Origin: Laetmonice hystrix
Taxonomy: Eukaryota
Assembly: GCA_965235115.1 (NCBI GenBank)
Contig: OZ249436.1
Span: 36,210,001 to 36,274,000 of the forward strand
DNA: 64,000 nt
Direction of reading: 5' to 3'
Program-made: the position numbers and the translations under genes
Notes under the pieces: generated by a model
The model's database searches: none
Told to the model about the DNA's origin: nothing
The model's input: the letters and a program-made list of their open reading frames with translations, nothing else
Shown here: positions 1 through 12,516 of the stretch, piece after piece
How the letters are laid out: the number at the start of each line of letters is the position of its first letter
Position numbering within the stretch: position 1 is the stretch's first letter

Positions 1-370
1 TGGACGTTACAGGGCGCTAGACTCATTGACTCATCAGGGTTTGGCGTGACCTTTTCCTAGACCTCTGTACGGAGGTAAATATTGAATGAGCTATAGTGCC
101 TTGAAGCCCTGACACTGAAGGTAGTTTCTTCCACCTTGGCTAATCAGGCCCGACCAAAAAGTGCTGACAGCTGCCTCATTGACCAATTAAGTCCCTGCTT
201 TGACACCACAGCCGCCGTCGAAATAGATCAGGCCCGGCGTGAATTTTTTATCCGCCTCTGTCCCTCTCGCTTTCCGTTGTGAAAGTGACGGTTCTTGTCT
301 GCAACTATAGTCAGTCACGCAGCAAACAATGGGGTCGGTTTCTCATTCGTTGGGCAAGTCGTTTGCCATA

Positions 371-1363
371 TGCCACTATTCCACACAGACCACGAATCCC
401 ACGAATTGCCAGGATTTGATAAATTTTAGGATTCGTGAGGATTCGTGATATTTTGCAAATTTCTTGTCCAATTCGTGATGATGTACGATTCTGTTACGAT
501 AAAGCTACGATATAATTACGAATATTCGTGGGATTCTGCTCGAACCGCTGAAATATTGTCAAGAATTCATAACGATTTACAAGAATCCATTACGAATACT
601 GCAAGAACGTTAGGAATCAGTTACGAATCAGTTAAGAATATGCCGAATCAGGTACGATCAAATTTGAATTCGTGACTATTCTTGACAATTCGTGGGATTT
701 TCCCTGATTTTCCCTGAGAATAGGTATAAAAAGGCCTTCACCCCTGCTTGGCCATCAGTACCAAAAGTCCCCTTGCCCTTGCCTGCAACTTTTCTTGGCA
801 TCTTGTAACTGATCTCCTGGAGTTCGTCTTCACAAATGACCTGAAGTCAAACGTTAAACTCCTTATATACCCAATTCGCCGGCAATCGTAGCTCATTCGT
901 GATTGGTTCGTGGGAATTCGTAATAGATTCGTAGCTGCTTCGTACCCTATCGTGAATTCGTAGATATTTCTTACTTGCTTCGTGCCTGCTTCGGTGTGTA
1001 TTCGGGGGATTCGTGACAGATTCGTAGTCGATTCGTGGTCAAGTCACGAATTCCTGAATGAGTTAAGAATACCTACGAGTGCCTACGAATCTATTACGAC
1101 TCAGTTACGATGCCTAAGAATGCACTACGAATTTGTTACGAATTAACTACGATTTTTTGGAATCAAGAGTTCGGGGCCAAAATTTTGAACAGCTCAAAAC
1201 TTTTGCCACAAATTCCCGATCACTCAAGAATTGAAAGAACTCACTACGAATAAATAAGAATCAGTTAAGAACTTCACGAACTGATTAAGATTAAACTACG
1301 AATCCGAGAATTCATCAGTTCGTAGGGATTCGTGAAATTCGTGGTCGGTGTGGAATAGGGGCA
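371..1363. mobile_element. Non-autonomous TIR element (PIF/Harbinger-like) with ACGAAT/ATTCGT subterminal repeats
   Basis: TIRs TGCCACTATTCCACACAGACCACGAAT ... ATTCGTGGTCGGTGTGGAATAGGGGCA; flanks ATA/TAA. Confidence 0.8.
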
Positions 1364-1366
1364 TAA

Positions 1367-2250
1367 AGGGCCTGATCCACTAAAGCCCCTCTTCAACCAA
1401 AGCGGAATTAGCTACGATGTGTCACGATCTGATAAATCGTGTAGAATCGGGAAAGGTTCTAACGCGGTCGTAGAGTCGTCTTGATAGATCCTCATAGGTC
1501 GGGATAGGCCACGATTGCACCCCGACAATTGTGAACTGTTCAAAACAATCGGTATTGGTCGGGAAAAAGCTCAAATCGGGGATATACCGTAGGTCAAACG
1601 TTCCTCAGTCGGGAATAGTCGGGGGACAATCGGGATAGTTCGTTGTTCAGTCCTGGTTGATCGTAAGACAATCGCCAGAAATTTTCCAAAGATCTAGCCC
1701 TGACGTCATCATGACAGGTCGTATCTCGGTTGGGGCTCAGAAGGCATAGAACGTTGCTACATCGTTGGTCAATCTTCGTATAGGTCGCCATACATCGGGC
1801 CGGGATCGTAATAAGACGTAGCTCAACCTGCATAGTCGGCATAGAACGTTGCTAAGTCGTTGCTCGGTAGGGAAGGTCGGGGCGATGTCGGAATAGAACA
1901 TGCTAGAATGCAGCGTGATCGTTGAAAGATCTTTGTGTACCCGTGAACGTGACAATTTGTAGGTCTTCGGATTGTCATGATCGAGAAGGAGCTAAAAATG
2001 ACTGAGCGCTGATTTTCTCACGATTCATCACGACTTAAAAATAAATTTCAGATCTTGATAGAACGGCATAGAACGTAGTGCGGTTTTTTATTTTATCTTG
2101 GAATTTCACTCTGAAATTTGTCCTGGGTGGCCTTCCCTGTTTAAGGAAATGGGTTCCATCCTTTAATCTCAAAATCACAGTAAAATAACAGGGCGATGTC
2201 AAAATCGCATGGACGTCGCAAGGAAAATCGCCTTTAGTGGATCAGGCCTT
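1367..2250. mobile_element. Non-autonomous TIR element (Harbinger-like) abutting the previous element
   Basis: TIR GGCCTGATCCACTAAAG at both ends; flanks TAA/TTA. Confidence 0.8.
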
Positions 2251-3653
2251 TTACTTGGGCCATGAATCAACTGTCCAACTGCCTGACCCCCCCCCCCCCA
2301 AAAAAAAAAAAAACTAAATAAAAAAAAAAACTAAAGAAAATCCGGTTAGGTATAGGACGGTCTCAAACGTGACAAAGAAACCAGCACCAGCAGTTCGAGC
2401 AAGACGTATCAGCACTTCTTTTTATGAACACTCTACACCTTCACTTGACCGATTACTGAAAGCCACTGATAGTCAATAAATCAATTATACCATAAGTCGC
2501 AATCATTTTATTTAACTCGTCAAGAAATGCATATTTACTCATGTTTTTTATCTTTCTTTTAAAAAACTTAATTAAACTCCTGATATATGGGCCTATAAAT
2601 GCATGGTAGAATCGTTTATATTCCTGGCATCTATTAGGGTAGAAACCTTCCTGCTTGCAATTCAGCTATCGGCTTACACAAAGCACCTGTAGCATGGAGA
2701 ATTTGGGGGTTACGCCTTGTCTGCAGTAATTCAGCCATTCTCAGGACAAGAATAAAACCTTCAAACTTGTTTAGTTATGGGGTCTCCCGTTCCCTCGAAT
2801 CCCAGAGGGGCGATGATGAGGACGATGTAAGAAAGAACCCATGCAACCATCGAGGCAATCCGGCTGCATAGTATATTAAGGCCTTATGAAAAGTGTCCTT
2901 AATATGGGCCTTTGAGCCTCACTTCACGTTCATCTGGCAGAGCCTTAACGTCTGTGAGAGAGAGAGCTGTAGTCTAGTGCAGAGTCATTGCCATGCTCAT
3001 CGTCCACATCTTTCTATGTCGCCATACGGTCCATATTGCTGAGAAGACTGCTGATGGCCCGTTGTTATATACTAAAAGGAGTCTATATATGAAACGAGAT
3101 CTATCAGACTGAAATACGAGACAATAAAGGAGATTTCGAACGCGAACGTTCATATTACATGTCCCTATATTTAGATGACCTTCTGAAAAACAAACTCCTT
3201 TACAAACACGCCCTTCATCGCCAATCTCCTTTACCGTATTGGTGGTGTTCTTCATCTTTCGGATTTTTAAATTTAGTTATATTTTTTCTCTCATGTCTTT
3301 TTTATCTGTAGACTACGGAACGATAATCAGCCTACCTATATTCATCCTCTAATACGGCGTGCGTAATGTCTCTGCTGCCACCATTAGATGTTGTTTTAGC
3401 CATTTAACCTCGCTGTGACAGTCGTGCAAGTTGGCGATGTGAAGCCGCTGGAAACGCCCATCGCTTTAAGCCACTCCATAACGGAGTAATTGGACCGAGT
3501 GAACAAAGTATGGTCACGGAGGGGGCGACCTGGGGACAGGCCGTTCGTTAGGAACTTGATCCTTTCTAATATAGACAATAGGAGTGGCGATCTGGGCTCC
3601 TGACGGGCCCGGCCGACAGGCGCGCAAAAACAAGGTGGTTGCTTCAGGGAGCG

Positions 3654-3883
3654 CTGGTGTCAGATAGAAAATCGCACCCCATGGAAAAGTGACCCATGGG
3701 TCACTTTTCTATTATGGAAATTTGTCCCTGGAATAAATTAAGGTATTTAAGTTTCTTTTCATTCTCAATTAATTTACTTTAGCTCAAACCTAGTTATAAA
3801 AGTGACCCGGGGGCTACTTTTCTATGTAGAAGGGTGACTTAGCGGTCACTTTTTCATGGCGTCAGATCTCTATATGACACGGG
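3654..3883. mobile_element. MITE-like element with AAAGTGACCC palindromic motifs
   Basis: Ends GTGTCAGATAGA ... TCTATATGACAC; internal AAAGTGACCCATGGGTCACTTT. Confidence 0.55.
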
Positions 3884-4671
3884 CCTGGTTACTCGTATTC
3901 CCGGCCCCATGTCTGACTTATCTGTACCAGGGCACGCGTCCGGTAATATCCCTCAGAGGAGCACCCTCTTCTGCAGATATCCCGACGCAAGAGAAATGTC
4001 TGTCTTTCTGTTCTTATTGTCATGGAATTACAATGTAAGGTGTCAGAACATCATAGTGAGCTAATCATGCCCTAGGTGACTGATTTTGTAGACTTTAATG
4101 ATGTGCCAGTTGTAGCCTATACTATAGTACACTTTTCTATATCGACAGATTCATAACTTTGCGATGAGAAAGCACAAAGTTGCAATTCCTCATGATTGGC
4201 TTCACCTTTTATTCAGGAGACGCGAGGAAGGTCAATTGCCCTTTCAGCCTCTGAATGCAAACGGCAGATTTCATGCTTTCATACTTGACCTATCTGTCGA
4301 CCTGCATTTCACAATGCACTCAGATTATCGGACACGTTTCATTCCCTTCTGCTGTATATTGGACAGGAATGGGAACTATATAACATGGGGAATTCGGCAA
4401 CAATCTTGACAGCGAAATTCATTTTCAGCCGTCTATAGTGTCCTGTACCTTGAAAAAAAACAGTCACAAAGGAGGCAAATGTTTATATGAACGTCTTTGC
4501 TTTATCTTCATAACATAGCTTGACCTGACTAGAGTGAAGAGAAGCCACATTTGGACGTGAACTGAAAGTTGAAATAGGGGACCAACGATAATCATGGAAA
4601 CGCCCGTGTATAGTATTCAGGACGTTGAAACAGGTCGGACTGATCCTCGCCCCCTGTATCATCGTCTACCT

Positions 4672-4841
4672 GGTTATTCCCCATGATAACTTCCCCACCA
4701 ATTTATTGGACAAGGGTTCAGGTTAAGGTTAGGGATATGTTTTTGGGAGGTGTAGGGACCGGGGTTAGGAATAAGGTCAGGGCAATGTATCTATACTTTC
4801 GACCAACTTTTGTGGGGGTTAAGTTATCACGGGCGATGTAG
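4672..4841 (+). mobile_element. ~200-bp interspersed repeat with GGTTAG-like core, copy 1
   Basis: Homologous to 5771-5976 (inverted) and 35048-35254; ends GGTTATTCCCC... Confidence 0.75.
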
Positions 4842-5770
4842 CAAAGGTCGAACCCCCTATACACAGCCCATACTTCTCCAAAGTGTCACTTTCGATCAAA
4901 GTATAATTTTGCAAAGAGACACCAAAGTTTGGAGTAACTTTCAGAAAGTGCAGTTTGGAAGGCGTATTAAAACTACAGAAGCATCGGAAGCAGTCCAACA
5001 TTAGTCTGGCCCACCTTGCCATGGAACCTAAAATAATTTTTTTAAGTTATTATATTATAACTGTTCTACAACAAGGCTGTCCTACCTTTTACCTTGGGGT
5101 AAGCCTGGATCCGAAAACAGACTGACTGGCTGGGGCCCCTTCTGACACCCCTGCTGAATTGTATTCAGTCGTGAAGCAACCATACAAACACATCGAACTG
5201 ATCGAAGGTGGTGTATGCATATACCAACAGAGTGAAGTAAGATGTCTGCCATTACAAGAAACCTACCAAGAAACCACTTTTAGCAAACGAACACGAACAG
5301 TTGCTGTGCATCATTTTTTTATGTGTCTAACTAACTGAAGGCGAGTGTTGACAGCGGCAGAGCGAAAAGTGATGTTCCATGTGACGTATATCTTAAGAAT
5401 CTGTTTTCGGTTCCCTCTCCCCTTGGACATCAGGAGTAAGAATGCCCCCCCCCCCACACACACACACACACCCCTGGCTGTTCGTAAGAGGCCAGGAAGG
5501 AGCAGGAAGGAGGCGAGTGATGGTTTTGCGAAGTGGTTGAGCGTCGGATTGCAGAATGAACTGATGGGTTTCCAATACCACATCTCTCATTGGCCGCTCC
5601 CAGGTGTCCTTGTATACTGTCAGTTGCCGAAACCAGTAGGAGATTTCCTGCAGATGGTATCTGTCTTTTTCACGTTATCCTCATCAACGCCCCCTGCACC
5701 CCGCCCTCCTTCCGCACAAACAATTACGTAATAACTCAATTTCCTAACACATTTCTTTGGTCCATAGTTG

Positions 5771-5976
5771 GGTACATCCTCCGTGGTAGCTTAAAACCCA
5801 CGAAATTTGGTCGAAAGTAAATATCCATAGTCCAGACCTTATCCCTAGGGGAACCCCTAACCCCGGTCCCTACACCTCCCAAAAACAATTCCCTATCCTA
5901 TCCCTATCGCTATCCCTGATCTTAACCCGAACCCCTGCCCAAAAATTCTGTGGGGAAGTTACCATGGGGAATAACC
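5771..5976 (-). mobile_element. Same repeat family, copy 2
   Basis: Reverse complement of 4672-4841 and 35048-35254. Confidence 0.75.
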
Positions 5977-7499
5977 CATAGTGGCAACCATTATAATCGC
6001 CTTCAGTTAGTCAGACACAATAAAAGGAAGAGTTATTGCAGTTTGATCCGAATGTCATCATCTCGTGAACGCTGTTGGATTTCAAGAGCAGCAGATTTAA
6101 TTTGACTTTTATTATCCTCCCATGGACGAGGTAAGAAAGGCAAGAAAAGCCCGAAAAAATAATAAGTAAGAATACTCTGCAAGTCGCAGCTTTACAGCAA
6201 AAGGCGTGGTCTACCCGCGGAACTTCGACGACCACATCTGGGGAGCACCTTTAGACACTTTTACATTTTGGAGATTTTAATTTGAGTTTTATTCTGGGCC
6301 GCGTGCCTCAGATTATTTCTCCTTCTTTAACTTCAAGTATAGCATTTCACTAATTAGGCTCTCTATTGACAATGGAAGCTAATCAACTTAATAGCTGTGA
6401 CTCTTCCAATACATTATATCTGGATTGGTGTTGGATATTCTGCACAATCCTCTATAAGAAGTGTATTGTCTTAGCGTGGCGAAATTATTGTTTTTTCTTT
6501 AGCCTACTGATTATGGTGGAAAGTCCAATGTAAGAAAAATATCATTTTCCGTTTCGATAACCGTGATTGAGCTTGATAGATATGCCATGCATGGAAATAC
6601 CGTTTTTATTTTTCATTTTTGCTTATGGCCTCCTGAAAAATACAGCGGCAATAATCTCATCATAAGCAACGCCGATCATTTCAGATGAAAATCATAAAAC
6701 CGGCTGAAAGGAGGTTTCATCTGATTCATTAGTCTAATTTCATTTTCTATTGTCACTGTGCAGCTGAGCAGGAGGAACGGAAACGCATCACACCAGGTAC
6801 ACACACATGATATATACAGTGGGTTTCTTTATGTCCAGTGTGAAGAGCCTGATGGGATCTAGCTCGTTTGCTAAATGTAAGGCGATAGATGACAAAATAC
6901 GGTATATGTTGTAAATGGTAATTTTAACATCGTTCCTTTGTTTTTGAATCCACGCAGAGATCAGACAAAAGTCTTCGAGTAATAGATCTAGTATAATTGT
7001 TCTTAAAGTCATCTGAATAGCTCACTAAATCTCTCGATGTATTACATGGGCTGGTAGGTATAGGATAGTTGAATGTTGATTCTTGAAGGAATGCAGAATC
7101 ACCACTTGTTCCTTGTATGGTATGTTCACAGGGATTGTGGTAGTTGTTGGAATATAAATGTCCGTATAATGTTGTGAACGATGGGAGTTTCACTGGTCTG
7201 TAGGCCTATACAGTTCAAAACTTGGCAGTAAACTTTTACAAGTTCAAGTGGTTAGAGATGGTTTTCCATTGCTGTGTTCAGACAGAGGCAGTATATATCG
7301 GCTAGCAGGACCATGCAGTAATCTGGTCTATCCTGTCTGAACACAGTATAATATAGTTCCCCATACCGCCTATAGCGTTCAGACATGGGCGATATACTGG
7401 CAGCGAAGCTACCTGTCTTCTTGTAGAGGTTACTCCAGCACGCGTGTTCAGACAGAGGTCTAGCCGCCTGTGTCTCAAAACAGCGTTAGACCAGTAATA

Positions 7500-7749
7500 C
7501 TGCCGTGAAATGACAAAAGGAAGCAGGTCCAACTTTCATAAAAATCGACTTAAGTGTAAATTTGTTTTCAGGGAAGTAAGTCCTATCTATCAATGGGTGT
7601 ATTTCTGTTAAACATCCTTCTATAAAGGTATCAGTCACAATGACAGAAGGAAGCATGCCCATCCAACTGCACTGTAGAGACAACTTGTTTATGTCCATTT
7701 CTCGAAACTTGAACTTTTGGACTTGCTTCCTTTTGTCATTTCACGGCAG
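7500..7749. mobile_element. MITE with TA target-site duplication
   Basis: TA|CTGCCGTGAAATGACAAAAGGAAGC ... GCTTCCTTTTGTCATTTCACGGCAG|TA. Confidence 0.85.
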
Positions 7750-7992
7750 TATAGTCCAACAGCCGGGGTAGGCCCCATCCCTATAACGGAATTACAAAAC
7801 TGTTTAGATGGGCACGATTTTTTTGTCAAAAATTTAATATTATCTTACAAGCATGCGAATGTTCAATAAACTAGTGCTCTGCATTAATGCAGTTATATTT
7901 AATTTTCAATGTCTTGCTCACTCGATTCCTATTTATCACCCATACTTACAAAAGGATATTGTTACTCTTACATTGTATTTATCTACACCCAC

Positions 7993-8213
7993 CAGGGGCG
8001 GATCCAGGATTTTGCAACTGGGGGAGGGGGCTACACCCAGCATTTTGCAACTGGGAAGGGGGGCTACATCCAGGATTTTGCAACGGGAGGGGCTTGATGT
8101 ATGTATAAAACCTCTTAGGTGCGCCGTAGACACACTGCAAAGTGATAACCATGGAGTCAGCTGGGGGGGGGGGGCTTAAGCCCCCAAAGCGCCCCCCCCT
8201 GGATCTGCCACTG
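7993..8213. mobile_element. hAT-like poly-G/C MITE
   Basis: CAGGGGCGGATCCAGG ... CCTGGATCTGCCACTG; related copies at 21151, 25775, 36316, 38095, 55056. Confidence 0.65.
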
Positions 8214-10955
8214 CGCCACCATGCCCATATTCTAGAAGATACGAAAGAAAGTATCTGCAATGAAGAAACTTACTTTGGGGGGTTCAAAACCAACTTTCGA
8301 AAAAAAGAGGCGTTGCTGATCACTCGGCCAACTGTCTGTCCCTCAGATGGGATATTTGTAGTTCCTAAAGTACCATACAGGTTGTGCCACATGGTTATCC
8401 ACTGTAAGGAAAGACACTCAAAATCAAACTTCTCATGGTGCCCCAGTACTCATGGTGCCCCGGTCTCCACGACCATTATAACGGATACAAGAGACTCTGG
8501 CATTGCGGTTTTGTTAAACTGACTGAGTGTCATAACCTCTTAGTGCTTGCTGTGGGATTAACTGCGGAATTAATGAATATGAAAGCAGCTGTCGCACAAC
8601 AAAATTGCAGAAATATTTCCAGGGACAATGAGTCATAGAATCTTGTCACAGTATAAGCGCATTATGGCCCAGAGTGACATAAAATTGTAGCACCATCGGT
8701 GAAACTACACGTAGAGTTCGTGATGAAGGGACATCAGGTTGTGGAGATAGTCACAGATAACCTCTATAGGCAACCATATTCAGAAGAATATATTAGCCCA
8801 GACCTGTTTTAACGTCTGTTGTCACAGCAGCCCTTAAAATAAACGACCACCGCCAAGGTGTACAGGCCAGACAGACAGGCCGTGAACTTGTAAGCAAGTT
8901 TAAAAAGATTTGAACACAACTGGTGCTCAAATAGTTAAGATATAAGCACTTTAGTGCCGGAGCCTGCTGAGAGCCTGCTCAGCTGGTGGAGGCCGCCATA
9001 GCGTCTGCTCGTTGGGCTAAACCCAAATTGCGCATGCTCGACCTAGGCCTGACCAATCACAGCACGACTGCTCTCCAGTTTGGGAGGAACTAAAAACTGA
9101 CGCATATGTTGCGTTGAACGATTCGGAAGGTAGCGAACGTTGACAGCTTACAAGCTAATTTTGTTAGAACATAGACGAAAACCATCGATACTGATGATGA
9201 ATGGCTAGGAATTAAGCCTACCGATATCCGAATGTATAGATATATCAGGGTGGACACGGATCTGGGCAGCCGTGGGTTTCGGCCGCCTGCATTCAATTCG
9301 TCCCGCTCGGAGGTGTGATGTTGACGGAGCTCAGCCCTGCTGCCGCTGGGCCCCCACTCTGACTACAACCGGGCACTGAGATCCGGGCAGTGTCAGCACA
9401 GACCTGTTGCGTTTAGTTGTGACTGTGACTATGACTGTGGGACTGACCCCCATCAATTCGCCCACCCGCCTCGGCCGCCTTTAGCCTAGTATAGCCTAGC
9501 CCCGACAACCCCGGCCTCAACTGATCAATTCAGCACATGGGCACAAATTGCTGCGCCGCTGAAGCCAGTGATTTTGACACGTTTGTCATGTTCGACATAT
9601 GACTTCTTGGAATGTGGGGACATTTATTTCCAATCACTACGCTGAAAGGTGCGTATAGAGGTCTTGCAGCTGTCCAAATGTGATTTTTGACTGGACTTCT
9701 CCTTTAACATAGCGTAGCGTGTGCGTTTGGCGTCATGCTTTATGCCCGCCACACTATACGATTCCCAGTCGGCGGCAAATCACACGCCCCCGCACACTAT
9801 ACGACTCGAGTCATAAGCCCCCGCACACTTTGAGATCCGGCTGTGGGTGACTGTGATCCGATCCAAAATTCGAATCGGCTGTTTGGGGCCTTGCGACCCC
9901 TTCCGATCATCGTAGCCCCAGAATGTGATCGGATCATAACAAAATAGGCTAGTGTGTGATCGTAAAATTTTTTTGAACCGTCCAAAACTTTTCTACGATC
10001 AACACGATTGCCACGACTGACCTCAAGATCTGATAAGATCTGATAGGATATCACCTCGATTACTCCACGATTAAGACTACGATTTCAATCGTAACACGAA
10101 TTCGTGATACTGGGAACCTAGCATCAATGGCCAACGTCGACGTAGGCCTATATCGCGTATACTGCTGAGCTGATAGTGACAGGACTGGTGAAGATAACCC
10201 CTTCACCCACTTTTGTGATCGCTATGGTAACTGTCTCGATCAGCTATGCCAGTGGTTGGAGCTGTAGCCTAATTGGGCCAGCCCCCCGCCCTCTGCCAGT
10301 TCATCCTAAACTCCCTGTAGGGCAGGTCACGTGCACATATAGATGGCGGAATGTAAAAAACACCTGTTGCCATTTTCCACGCCGACGTCGACGCACAACG
10401 CTTAATTAGGGCCTACATGGATGCCTAGACTCTATAGTGTTCTTTTGAAGTGGCTATTTTAGGTCACAGGCTGCCAACCTGACCCATTATACTCTCCCGC
10501 CCCAAGGGCTCGGCATGGTGAATTTGATGCCAGAACTGATAAGGAAGCCATAGATCAAGTCATTCGGAACGACCGAGCCATTTCCGGTTTACTTTGCTTT
10601 CGGAAACTAGACTCGGACAGTGAAAGTGTAGAAATTCTACGGCCATTTACCGGATGAATTTTCAATCCGCCGGATATATGTGGTGTGGCCTCTGATCCGG
10701 CCGACTGAAAATTTAGTGCAGTCGATTGACCGACTGTTTTAGGTGTTGTGTGCATATAAACAAGTTTTCATCGACTGTATACATGTTGATAATGAGCAAA
10801 CAAGTAACAAGCTCACATAATTTGATGTCACAATACGAATTGAGCAGTCCGACTTTTACCATTAATGGCGGCGCCCAAACGATGACAACGTCATGTCATA
10901 GCCATAGCCATGGCATAGGCCCGGTGCACATGTGCGCGATAGATTACGAATTTAA

Positions 10956-11284
10956 AGGGTATTTGAACCTTTGAACACCAGTAACACCATATAAAGTGTC
11001 TAAGGTCACACCGATAAGTGGAACACTGTCAACGGTGACTTTTTAAAAATACCGCCCGGGTCATTCGCTATTTCCCACGCGAGACAGCGGGAGCTATATC
11101 TATTAATAGATTGAGATAAGGGCCAAATAGGGTAAACAAACCGACGAAGCCAGCGGGAGAATGTCTCTACATTTCGGTTGATTATTCCTTTATTAAAGAT
11201 CAGATAATCACAGAATTGTAGGTAAGAACAAGCTTGTTCATGCTGAACACCCTTATATTGATAGTTTGAACTTTTCTATTCCCT
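10956..11284 (+). mobile_element. Kolobok-like non-autonomous element, family A copy 1
   Basis: TTAA|AGGG ... CTATTCCCT|TTAA; near-identical to copies 2-4; left end altered. Confidence 0.85.
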
Positions 11285-12081
11285 TTAATGGAGACTCCCT
11301 TGGAAGAATTTCTAAGTGCCCCGCAATATGCGAGTGGTAGCCTTCGTTTGCCCTTCAGCGTTCGACACAGACAGCATGTAACACTGGCAGGCGCAGTGTC
11401 GCTTCTCCCCGAACACATGTCTGTGTGTACATCCCCTGCCATTCTGAAAATAGTTTTGTGACGTCAGCTAAGCAAGATGGCGTTCTTACTATCCGAGTCT
11501 TTTTCCCGAAATGGACTCGGTCGTTCTGATTGAGGTCAAGTCAGTAAATAGGGGGCTGTCACCTACTTCCGTTTTTTGGTTGTGAGTTCTGAATGTCGTT
11601 TCGCAATGTTTTTTTCCAGTTGGGGTTACTGCATTTCGCTGGCTGAGAGCAAGACTATTGTAGGCCCCTATCTGCAAATGGGTTTAATGAAACATTTCAA
11701 TATGTCTCATGAATACGCATCTGTGCAGCTACATATTTATGTACAAAAGAGTTAAGGTGGTATAATGTGTTGCAGAGTATTGCATCTCCAGAAAATGGAA
11801 TTTGTTTTGAGCAATGATGCCAGTTCTTAAAACATCAATTTTGCACTTACGATATTCTTGCTCTCAGCCAGCGATTTGTTCCCTGAATTTGGTTTGCTGT
11901 GGTTTCTGCATTTCTTTTTCCTGAATGTCGTATTGCCATTGCAGTTTGAAGCTATATGCGTGTTTTTGAAATGTCGTTTTGAGAAATGTGTTCTTTCCTA
12001 ATGTAAATTTGTTGATTTGGCCTTACTACATAAGTGACTAGAAATATCTGACTAGAAAAAGGAAAATCAATTCGCCTTCGT

Positions 12082-12516
12082 ACCATCCGAGTGACCTTCT
12101 ACGCCCGAGAAAACCATCCGAGTGACCTTCTACGCTCGAGAAAACCATCCAAGTGACCTTCTACGCCTGAGAAAACCATCCGAGTGACCTTCTACGCCCG
12201 AGAAAACCATTCGAGTGACCTTCTACGCCCGAAAAAAAACCATCCGAGTGACCTTCTACGCCCGAGAAAACCATCCGAGTGACCTTCTACGCCCGAGAAA
12301 ACCATCCGAGTGACCTTCTACGCCTGACAAAACCATCCGAGTGACATTCTACGCCTGACAAAACCATCCGAGTGACATTCTACGCCCGACAAAACCATCC
12401 GAGTGACCTTCTACATCTGAGAAAACCCTCCGAGTGACCTTCTACGCCTGACAAAACCATCCGAGTGACATTCTACGCCTGACAAAACCATCCGAGTGAC
12501 CTTCTGCACCTGAGAA
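12082..12516. repeat. 31-bp minisatellite, ~14 copies
   Basis: Unit ACCATCCGAGTGACCTTCTACGCCCGAGAAA. Confidence 0.95.

Noticed and set aside
12082..12516. 31-bp repeats as a CRISPR array
   Set aside because: Units are directly adjacent with no unique spacers, there are no cas genes, and the context is eukaryotic
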